Shown in pieces: positions 52,565-64,000 of a DNA stretch of 64,000 bases. Origin of the DNA: Catajapyx aquilonaris (Eukaryota); the NCBI GenBank assembly GCA_000934665.2, contig KZ537971.1, positions 62,001 through 126,000 of the forward strand. Reading direction: 5' to 3'. Below the pieces are notes generated by a model. That model did no database searches. It saw nothing but the letters and a program-made list of their open reading frames with translations, and was not told the origin of the DNA. Each line of letters starts with the position of its first letter. The stretch's first letter is position 1. A program made the translations under genes and the position numbers.

Positions 52565-55500
52565 ACCACTACAATCTCATGCAGGTTTATGCAGTGATAA
52601 TTTTAGCAGTTCTGCATAGGATTAGCAAAAGTGGCCCCGTCCCCTACGAACAATCCCTGTCAAATGCTTTTAAGTTCATTAAAAACTGACGTACATTGGG
52701 GACAAGCTATTGTTAGCCTCCGCAGCCATTCCATGCATTCACGTAGGCCTCACATCGTGCGCCCACATTTATTTCTGGTGCAGGACCTGAAAATCGTGCC
52801 CACCGTTAAGCGACACGCACAAAACGACACGATAAACGCAAGCACGTATATATATTTTTCGCTCTCCGTCCGTGCAGATACGGATCATGCCTTTTCGCTG
52901 ACACTCGCCTTTCCGGGCAGTGTAATAAACCGCCAACCGAACCCCTTCCTTCCATCACCCGAACCCAGCAGGACCCAACCCCCGTCGTACTGGGATCCCC
53001 TGGAAATATTTCACCCACGAAAATCTTCCCCTTCCTTCCTACCAAATCTAATTTGTGCCCATTGGAGCCTGATTGCCCCCAACACGTGAGTTCCCCTCCT
53101 CTTCATACCTATCCTCCAAACTGGAAACGAATATAAATGAGGCGGTGCGAATTAAAATGTTGTTTTCATGCGCTAAACAACGCTCCTGCGGACTTCTAGT
53201 GACGTTTAATGGCGCGTCTGCACACTGCGATTTGCCCACGCCAATTTCATGGGCTTCAGCTCTGGACTGGGGCCTGGAACTTTCCAATTCTTTCCAGGGC
53301 ACCATCATTAACTCGTGATTACCGGAACATGATTCGTCGAGTCTTCGTCTCTATTCATGGTGTATGGGCCCGTTACTATACATGTCAATCCGTCCCACAG
53401 CACTAGATTCGCATACGCATGAATTTTCAGTGGCGACTGCATTATGCAGTCAACCTGTTTGTTTGCAGTAGGCGAGTTATGCAATTATGACAGTAAACAT
53501 GTCGCTAACTAGGTGCGTTGAAAAGAATGTGACTGTCGCCTATGCGTTGAATAATTTTGCTGATATGGGATGGGAAAGTTGCCTAACATTGTTAATTAAA
53601 CTATCTCTGGTAGGATTCAACTCGTGTGTTTTCCAGTATGAAAAACGATCCGTTGTTTCTCACTGCATTAATTCGCTGCACATATTTTTTTTAAAAAAAG
53701 TTGTAAAAATTCAGGATACCTGAGGCTATCCATGACACCATGACTTTACGTACATATTTCATGAGCCATGGTAGGGTACGCAGGATGGTGCACTGAACTT
53801 CAACAATTCTATAGAGGGGGATATATAGGAATAAAAATGATTTGAGTTGCTTCCCTTTAAATTGGTTACTGGGGTAAACAATTTGGAACAAGCGGGATTT
53901 GGGAAATGGTCCATCCTGCATGTCATATACGTATTGTAATATAAGCGAACCGCTTCAAACCTCGACTGTGTTGTCTCACATCATCCTTTATGTAACATTT
54001 TTGCATGGAGATTCCACACGAAAAGACGCCCGGTGCTTAACCCTTGAGGGGGATGTCTCGACTGCTGGGGAAAGTAATTTGAGAACCTGTCAATATCGCT
54101 ATTCGGCTCTCAGAATCGGCCTCAGGGAAGAAAAATACAAATTGACTGATCCCAAAAGTCGATCTCGGTCTATACTGCGTATAATGCCAGGTCATCCAGC
54201 AGAAATTACATATTCCACACAACCAACAAAATTACCGTAATATTCGGACTAGTAAGCAAGGACGTATTTGATCGATTCACTTTGATAACAAGGACACAAC
54301 CTATATGTTAGGCAAAAAATAACCCCGAAGTTTAGGTAAAAGTAGTACAATCTGTATTCACCCGGCACGCGGTGCCGAACAATAGGCTATAATTTATTAC
54401 CCGCCGCAGTGGTATTACGCCAAACTACAGTATACACAAGGCCGTTAGCAATATTGTAATGGAACATATCCTTACGCGCAAGTTGAGTTGGATTTGACTA
54501 GTGGAACAACCGGTTCTAGAGGCACATGTGTGAGTCCGCATCCGCACCAGCATCCGCATCTGTGACGTCAAGTTACGTCACACGACCGCCGGATTCATGT
54601 CCACACCACACGCTTGGAGCATCACACGCGTATACGGTACGCACCCAGCACACTCACTGTCCAGCCACACCGGACATGACCCACGGTACATCCATACACA
54701 CGTCACACTTATGATAATCCCGCTGACTCCTATTGGCATGTGCGCGAATAGGGAAGAAGGGCGGTCAAGAGGAGATTGAGCCGAATAACAGGGCGCCTGC
54801 AGCACCATGGCCTACCATCGATCCAAGCATGCGCTTTCGATGTCGTGCAGCACGGCCACACCAGAAAAATAGGAAGAAAAAAAGAAAAAAAAAATACATA
54901 TCCACCCGACCCCGACTCTACCACCCACTGAATCCTCCCACTTTTTCGGTTTGTTTTGCGCTCTGCTTCATCTTGCCACTTTTATAAGGATCCTACATTT
55001 GTTTAATATCGAATCTTGGCAAATGTCAGGGGGTTCAAGGCGGTCACCCCACTGCGTATACAAATTCATGCTCAAGTTGTCCCGGGGTATTATATAGCTT
55101 TTGAGGACTGCAAATGCGCAAACGTCGCTGCGTCCGACATGCGGATGCCGGGAAGGGATTTTTCAAACCCTAAATGCGAGACCGGGAATGCAGTGATGGA
55201 ACTACACGGACCTTACGATGAGGATGCATGAGTGCAGCAACGGAATGAACTGTGACGTATAGGGTGTCCAAGGAGGTCAACACCACGCTATTAACTCGCA
55301 CGCAGTGTCCATTAACTTATGTGCAACGCTGATTTGAAATGCATTTAGGTGAAATCGGGATTTCTTAATTCACGTAACAGGTACTTGCAGGTGTTGAGTG
55401 GGATTGAAGGAGGCCGTTTACAATCATTAATGTCCGGTTTTTCCAACCTTTCCACTGACCGTTAATAGCAAACTGCAGTTATGGTTTGTTAAGAGAGCAC

Positions 55501-58500
55501 TTAAACCACCGCTACTCGTAACTGCTACTTAAAGGGGTGAAGAAATAGCGGATATGTCGTGTAAACATAAATTAATCCATCCTCTGCATCCATTTACTGA
55601 ATATTTAAGCGTATTATGTAAAAACGGCCTGTGAGTCTGATAATAATTGTTCAGGAGTTTAAGAGACATCGCACAATTAGAAACATCTCTAATTCCACCT
55701 CTTGCTCATATTGCTCAAGCAGTGCCAAGATAATTACGTATATAGAGGACGTTGAATGCCTTCTGGAGATCCCTGAAACCTATCATCACACCAGTGTACA
55801 GGTGTTGACCACTCCGGCATCAAGTGCCATACATCCCTTTCTGGCGAGTATAGAGGATTACATTGGCTTAATCGGCTGTGTGCGGTCAAGGAGGCTGTTT
55901 GAGGAGATATTTACGCAGTATAGAGTGAGATGTGGCCTGCAAGGAGTCAATTCGCGGTATTGAAGCAAAACTACCTAACATCAGTAACCTATACTCCTAC
56001 AACAGCACAACTCCCTGTTAAAGTCATGTAAAATTATGTGGTTCATGCTCTCAGCGAAGTCGAAGCAGTACCTGTATATTCATGCTGCGTGTATTTGTGT
56101 GTTCGGCAGAGAGAAGGAGGCTTCTCATCCATAGTGAATGCGGGCAGCTCCAGGCGCTCCACGATGTACTGTGGTGTTAGCCAGGGTCAAAGACCTCTTC
56201 GTCTGTAGTACCAAAACGTCTAGCTCGATTTCTGACCACCCTGCTTAGCACTCGAGCACACTAATGCAAAGTACACACTTAGTTATTCCATCCCTGCACT
56301 TCACTATTTCAAGCTCGGAATCCAGAGGCGCGAAACAGATTTGTTTAGACACACAGCAGAGTGCAAAATATGTAGCCCGGTGCCAAAAGAAAAACCTCAA
56401 CTGGAATTCGCATAAAATAAAATAACCTCTGTATAATTAGGCAAGCATGGGGAGGAGACATGCGCATTTTCCAGCATACTCAAGTTGAAAGAATGAGTGA
56501 CACCCACCAACGGTATGACAGGTGACTGAGTCGTCGGAGACTTTGCCTCGAGCATCATCATGTGTTGACTCAGAAATATTGGATTACTGCGTTCGTGTGC
56601 GTAAGGATTATCAGGCCTATTTTGTTGCCTGAGCTAACATTTACAGTGCTGATTACGCTCATGGAAGGGTTCCAGAATAGCAGCTTGGATAGGTTGCTCT
56701 GCACTTCAAAAATACACCCTGTGAAAATAACAGGCTGAGATCATCATCTCTCCAGGAGTCACTTTGAGTCGAGCAGCTTATACTGTACGGTGTACAGGGG
56801 AAATCGAAGTGAGGAGGGAGACTGCAGTAGTAGAGAGAGGGAGGCGTGATTCCTAATTCCTCAGGGTTCCTCATATATTGCGGCGCTAATCCCATTTAAA
56901 AAGCAGCGCCGTATGTGTGCTGGTAGTTAATCGAGTTACCTTTGTCAAGGGAACTGTCACTAATTTCATTTCGCACCTTCGCTACATATGGATTTTGTCA
57001 CGTGATCTATAGAGTCGGAATTAGATTCGTCCTGCATAAGTTTTAAAAAGTCAGAATTCGGAACACGTTATAATCAGGTGTGTGTGTGCATGGGAATGAA
57101 ATTGCGTCCTGGCGCACCATTGGGGAAAACACCGCAATAAAATATTTCGTCCACTATTATGCGGTATGGGACTCTACTAGGGAGTGCACTGGGTATAATC
57201 ACCTGCAAATACAGTACCACTATCGTGAGGAATGCCAATTGAATAGCCACTATGTCATTAATGGGACAGTTAATCGCGGATTCTGGTGGAGGCGAATAAT
57301 TTTGAACAAATTTCCACAGACAATGAATTTCAATTACCTCTTAAATGACATTTTCTGCATTAATTCCATTCGAAAATGACGAAATACCAGATGGATTTTT
57401 TTCTGGCTACTGCACCCAGGATCGTATCACAAACGATAGGATTTTCACGGCAGATCACGCATTATTCGGCTAATATTCCCCTAATAATGGCAGTTGAAAA
57501 ACCAGGCACCTGTTCCATTAGCCACTATCTAGAGGGTGACGCAACCCCCTAATGTGATCCGATTACATTTTGTATGCGTGTTGGGACATGCAAAAATACA
57601 AAAAAAAAAAAAACCTTCGAACGTGTCTGGTCTGTATGTTTACCAGGCCTGCTGCTTAATATCACGCAACCTCAGGGAATATCTCTTACATCTTCGGGCT
57701 TCCGTATGCTCAAGCTACAGCTCAAACAATGGCTCCACCAAATTTTCTCCAGCTTCTTTACTCTATCTCATTTTCTGTAGCAACAACTCCGGAAATTGTG
57801 CAGCTACTGTACATCCCTCTCATTACAGCATTTCCTCTTCAAATGTTGAGAGAGCCAGGCTTCAGTGCTCATTGTTTATACTAAACATATATACCGCATT
57901 TGTGCTAAGGTATAACGTATATCTCCGAGTAGTGCTAATTTTTTAAGCATGTTTAATAACTTAACTGGTACAGGATAGATGTGGTCGACTTTAGTGGTGG
58001 AATAAAATATTCGGCTGCCTACTACGTGGGCAGCAGAAAATTAAAAACCGGAGCGGCATCTCTTCCATCGATTTGCCCAACTGCTCTTAAAACAGGGCTG
58101 GAAATAAACCCAGTAGCAATCGTCCAGATAAATTTCTAATGGGAAGTGGGGGGAAAAAAACGGGAGAAAGATAAATACAGGCAGTGTCCAGCAGCTGAGC
58201 CTGTGAGAGTCATGTCAGTAATTTTTTTCCGCCTTTTTCTAGGGGTAAAAAAAATCCTCGAGGGATAAAAAGTTTCCCCATACGTTGCTAGCTAGCTGTC
58301 CCCAAAGACACTTTGCAGCAAAAGACTTTAGGGGAAGCAGCAAGAAAACGGAATTCCAAATTGGCTTTTTGGGGCGAGGGCAAACTTTTCGGACGACCAA
58401 CTGGGAATATCCACAAGATCAAAGCGAATCGGCAGATACATGCCGGAAGTGGGACCCAGACTCACAACTTTACCGGCTTCTTTTCCACTTTTTTTTAAAT

Positions 58501-59794
58501 GGGGAGTATGGGGATGCACATGATAGGGGATCTAGGGATGGGGGGGGGGGGGAGCCAAAAANGGGAGCCAAAAAATTAATTATTCTCCAAAGTGCCTCCT
58601 GGATGAGGGCCTTCAAATATTCACGAAGCACCACTTTTACTTCCTCTCGTGTTAAATGGCCTGAACGTGCACACTGGAGAACCCGGAGATTTTTTTGGGT
58701 GGCCGGTACAACTACTATGTACTCAGCAACTTTTTGGGGGTCTACGTGACTGCAGCAGGTAGCGATATGAATTTTTTGAGAAATTACACACGTTAATATC
58801 AGGAGTCAAAATTATGAACTTGTACTTCGGTATGCACACCCACATAAATACTTGTATAACTGGATTAATATTCAGGTCAGTACAAATGCTTATTTCGAAC
58901 CTCTAGCAAATTAAAAAAAATTGTGCTCAACTGTATGCAACTGTAACTTTGGCGAGCAGCTGGCAATGCCCAGGATTTGTATTTATATACCGTCGGGACA
59001 GAGTAAACCCTTTTCCAGCACCCAAAATCATCAACGTTAACAGTAAAAGGGCGCCCCAAGGTACTGTGTGCTACATGCAACCAGTATAAACGCTCAATCC
59101 CTCACAAAACTTGATGTGACCAGTCTGGCAAAGTAAATTGAGAAGGTTCTTCTAGGAATGAAGTTGCACTCATTCGGCGTAATGGCATCGATGTGATGTC
59201 CTCAACCCGGATATACAATAGTCACACAACAAAACCGCATATACTCGTGTGCATTACCACATCCGCATACTGGCACGCCTGTGGAAATGTTGCGTGATTG
59301 TGATGGAGAGTGTTATTAATCTGAGCGAAGAGGTTAAGGCTGGAGCAATGTACAGTTCTGTACATTTCAGTTGTACACACTTGTCATATGTAAATCCTAA
59401 CGTTTCATATGCAGTGTACTGTATAAGATGACACTGGTTTACCTCGTACTTAAAAATAGAGCCGTCTGAAATTGACCCAATAAATGTCGTTAGTTTGATC
59501 ACATCCTTAGCATCAGTTACTGTCGCTGCCATTAATGGACAAAATACGTGTTGCAAGGTACCGAAGAACAATGACACGCTACTGTTGCATGTAATGTCAA
59601 TTTTCGCATATCAATTCCACTGCAGTCCTATAAACAGTCGAGCTGTTATTAAATATGTCTCATTCGACGTAGGCTTATCACATCATCATACACACCGATA
59701 CTGTAACGGCCTGCCACGTAACATACAGTTCCATGTTCATCATCGCCACCACAAAACCAATTTATCATTGTTATTCTCCCCGAAAATACATAGT

Positions 59795-59796
<2 letters not shown>

Positions 59797-59865
<69 letters not shown>
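59797..59865. repeat. (AAT)n microsatellite, ~23 units
   Basis: Directly visible. Confidence 0.97.
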
Positions 59866-59866
<1 letters not shown>

Positions 59867-62800
59867 TCCTCTCATTTTGTATAATTAATTATTATACCAC
59901 ATCATTTCGAGGTAAAAGGTAGCCAAGCAACAGTCTGTCTAAAAAGGACCCACTTTTTACTTGCCTGAAAAAGAAAGTTACACTTCTTGTATTGAACTGA
60001 GGCACGGAAAAGTGGGTCATACCGTAAATACGTATGCTAATAATTAATGTAAATGTCTTTGAGAGTAACTCTCGGAGTCAGATACTTTATGTGCCTCTCT
60101 TGTATAACCTGCTTGTCGTTCAAAAGAAATCTTTGACCCTTACTGTACTCAAAAGCATCTGGCCGTTGTTGTTTTGCTTAATTACAGTGCCCCTGCCAAG
60201 TCTATCCGAGAATAGAAGGAGAACGTGAATGAAGATCGGGTGTTTTCAACAAAGACCATGGAAGAGTTACTCCAAGCATAATTCCTATTCAACAAAGCCG
60301 CAGGTAAGCTACTGCATAATTACTGTATATAAGTTACATACAATCCTAGCAGCTGTTCCCAACATTTTTGATGTTCTAGATAGAGGAGCATGCATAGGAT
60401 ATCCACACAGGTTCAATATACTCACATTGTAGTAGTGCCATTATTTTTCAATGGTTTGGAAAAAAAAATGCGAAGTCAATTTGCTCTTACTTATATGCAG
60501 TGCATTCATGAGCACAGGTCACTGCGTGCATAATCTCCGTGTCTCACAGCAGAAGCATGTGCATCCACGTATATAGTTCTGCTTGTTTATGAAGCAACCA
60601 ACCAGCCAACCATTGGATCCCTCTTCCACATCCAGCCTGAGGACACAAGCAAGAGAGCTTCATCCAGATCCCCACCGACCCGACGCACATTTTTGCGGCA
60701 AATTGTCGATAGCTCAGTGACATTTTGCGAACCCTTTTCCTGCCGCAGCTGGCCCCAGTGATGATGCAAAGTGGCCACCTCTCTCGACTCAAAGAATTGG
60801 TATCACGTATCTAAACCATCAACTTCCCTGTCGTATATATGTAGGTGGAAAGTGAGGAGGGAAAAAAGCAGGAGAAAATCAGGATCCATGGAGAAAAGGT
60901 ACGCCATGATTTATACTGTAAGTTCTCTCATGGCTGCAACATGGAAAAGACAGACTTTAAGTTCAGCTTTTGAAATATGGATTGTCAATTTTGGTGACAG
61001 AATATACAATCGAAAATAATGCAATCACCTACACAAAAAAATATAATGACGGTTGGAATTTTAAAATGCAAGAGCGATATATTTTTCCCCAGTTGTAATA
61101 TTCTCATGTGACAAATCTAACACGACAGTAAAATTATCAGCTCAATAACGTAAAATTCAGTTGAATTTTCTTCACGTTCCGCAACTGGCCCGTTTTTGCC
61201 CCCAGCTGAATGATCCGCACTTAGGTTCTGGTGGAATTCTGACACAATATTTCCACGGTGATAATTTCCTGCACGAGCAATCTCTGATGGTGCAGACACG
61301 TCGTTAAGCGGGGGCAGGATACATTCAGCATGGACCCCCCAACCCTCACCCCCAGAGTGCATTGGCGCTTCGGCACATTTAACAAAATAATGTTTCAGGA
61401 TCCTCAAGGCGCCGTTGAGGCACTGACGGGAAATTGCCACTCTTCGTCTTGTCGCCCAATGAAAGGCCGACGTGTTTATTATGCAGTCCCCCCCCCCCCC
61501 ACTATCTTTGTATACATGTGTATGGGTTCAAATACTTTTGCACTATCAATTTTATTTTTATCTTTAATGGAGAAAATTATTGCATGATTTCTGCCGAATT
61601 GCATTAAAAATAACAGATGTACTCCATAAATCTGCTGCCACTGCAATATCGTTTGACTCTAAACACAAGGTTCGAATATGGGAAACTCTGAAAGTCTCTT
61701 GGAACATGTGAACGACAACCCGGTTGCAATCAAGCGATCTGGTCGTGAGCGAAACCAATCAGAACTTGTTGGTTAATTTTTTATCAGCTCCCAACTCAAT
61801 CTAGATTGGAAAATCCCAACTGGCTAAATGTCATCAGCAATAGTCACTTTACTGTTTCATTCGCTGGCAACCGTACCACCATTTTCATTCGGCCTCAATT
61901 TGCTTGATTAAGTATGTACTTGCAGACTGGGAAGCTCATGGGGTACATGAGAGATTTATTAATTTTTTTTTCGCTACCATAGTTCCCACGCAGGGTGTTG
62001 GGCGATAATTTACTAGCTGGGTTTCATCACTGCGGAAAACCGCCCTAGGAAGATAGGCAGCTGATAACTGACTAGTAAGCTGCAGGTAAGGAGGACACAA
62101 AAAATTAGCAATAGGTATAATATGGGCCTTCAGCCAAAAATCATGTGTGAGATAACCTTGGTGATTTTTTCAGATTAATTATTTGTGTCGCTTCTTCTTA
62201 ACCTTCCTGTGTCATGTGGCTTCAGGATGCACCTGGGATGTAATTTACACCTTCAAAGAATGCTGAGGGTTCTGATATCTTCACGCTCTTCTCCCGCTTT
62301 TTCATCACCCTTCGTAAAAGATAGATGAAGTCTCTCCCCTGACAGCTTATGGACACAATTTTCATCAATCCATCAACGAAAAATTGTGCAAAACAGACTC
62401 AAGGCGCTCCATACACTTTCCCTATCAAGAAACCACGAAACAAAAAAACGGCACGTGCTGAGGTGAATAAGAGAAGGCAAGTTTTACAAGCAAAGTACGT
62501 CTCAATTACAAGTGTAAATCACTCTCGACTCAACACCCTTGATGGAATTTAACAACGGCAAAATATTCATGGCAGGATGTCATGTGCTTTGACATTTTAT
62601 AAAACCAAATGCTAAAAAATATTTAACCTCTTCCGACCGAACACAAATGAAAATGTACCATCCGAAATTGCCTATTTACTTCTGCAACACACATTAACAT
62701 GTCCATACGTTGCGCATTCAAAAGGCCCACATCCTGTCACAAATTGCACACATGCAGTAAAATATGGCCGTTTGTGCAAACGTATAACCTCGAACTTCAA

Positions 62801-64000
62801 ACATTGAAATGAAATCGCGTTTAAATACTAATACTCATGCAATCTAACCAGTATAGGCCTAAAAACAAGGTATCGGGCATGCCAGGTCAACACTAATTAA
62901 TCACAGTGCGGAAAGGCTTCGTCACGGCGGAAAACACCAGTTGTCATGGGAATCGCAAGCAGCAACAATAGATCAGGCCGCAGGCAAATTAACCGGGCAT
63001 TTATGAGCAATTTTCACGCTGCTGACAAAAAGCGGGGCCCGGTAAAAATGTATTGCCCAATTGCGGCGTTTTGCCGCTTTATTGATTTCGACGCGCATTG
63101 TGTAAATACTCCTGCAGATAATAACTAATCGTAAATTAGGATTGCCAGCCATGGGAGTTTGACTATACAGGGTGGGGGGGTGACCCACGCAAGGGTTCAA
63201 ACTAATGCACCTCACGTTTCTGTACTCTGGTGCGGTATACACTCTGGGCTGCAATACTTCATAGCACTCCATAAGGAAAAGGGCAAGTGGTGGATGAGAT
63301 GTGCCAGCATAGCAATTAGTCTTGTGAGAGGCTCAAGTGTATAGGGTGGTGAGAAGTTGAGAGGGCAGATGAATAATGTGGTTGGTGGCAGTGGGATTAT
63401 GCGTGTAGTGGTAGGTGGTTGGGGGTGCAGAAGCAGTGTTCAAATGGGTGTGGACAGCTGCGGTGGACTCCAAAGGGACTTAATCCAAATAAGGAGTAGT
63501 CGAGGCCCGAGACTCACTCTTGTTTTGCTTGCTGCTGCCTAAATAAACCCAGTAGGTGTTGACCTTTCGGGCTTTGTGCGGGACTTGCTCCCACCCAAAA
63601 CCTAAAACCCTCACCAACTTTAAATCTGGCCAAGTAATGCGGCAGTGTGTCCACAGTTTCTGCTTCCATGTTGCGAAATAATGAACAAGCCCATGGGCGC
63701 ATCCGGATAGGGGAGCCCTATTCTCTACTGAGTTTACTAACTAACGCCCAAAACATATGCCAAAATGTTTAAAACGAATTTTGGCACACCCAACTTTCAG
63801 TCAAGATTTTTTTTTCCCACATGTGTTTTAGCTGGGTAGGATGCCCTTTTAATCATAAGAAGTATGCTGCGGGACGGACCGTCGCACTTTATTTATTGCA
63901 TTTTTTGGCCGCATTTTAGAAAGGTGGCTAGCCAGACAAAAATCTCGAAAATTAACTGGTGGCGCCTTGGTCTCAAACTTTCTGGCTACGCTGGCCATAT

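Noticed and set aside
54234..54340. TACCGTAATATTCGGACTAG.. resembling a Tc2/pogo-type TIR end
   Set aside because: No matching opposite end was found.
63920..63993. Possible DNA-transposon terminus (reverse complement CAGCGTAGCCAG...)
   Set aside because: Single end only, no TSD, at the window edge.

Overview
Eukaryotic genomic window, very probably from an arthropod (FoxK N-terminal motif, DRE promoter elements, an Lm1/Talua-like tRNA SINE). It holds two minus-strand genes. (1) The 5' end of a FoxK forkhead gene: the FHA-domain exon at 387-728, candidate start-codon exons, and a DRE/CRE/YY1-type promoter at about 1856-2023; the rest of the gene runs off the window start. (2) An 8-coding-exon gene (33464 down to 11476) whose splice phases I checked by hand. 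It gives about 1047 aa of a type I membrane protein: signal peptide, LDLa, several CUB-like domains, juxtamembrane LDLa, TM, short tail (LEV-10/Neto-like architecture). The most interesting signal is at that gene's end. The stop is a leaky-context UGA-C followed in frame by 17 coding-like codons (15/17 GC3), HNAHSVEYIQVDRETTV*, carrying an ITIM/YxxPhi-like motif and a class I PDZ ligand (ETTV). A complementary segment about 200 nt downstream could fold back on the stop. This suggests programmed stop-codon readthrough (or editing) that switches on a PDZ-binding isoform. The rest is intronic or intergenic: MITEs, a SINE, three long palindromes, microsatellites and an N gap. I found no convincing coding sequence in 34-64 kb.
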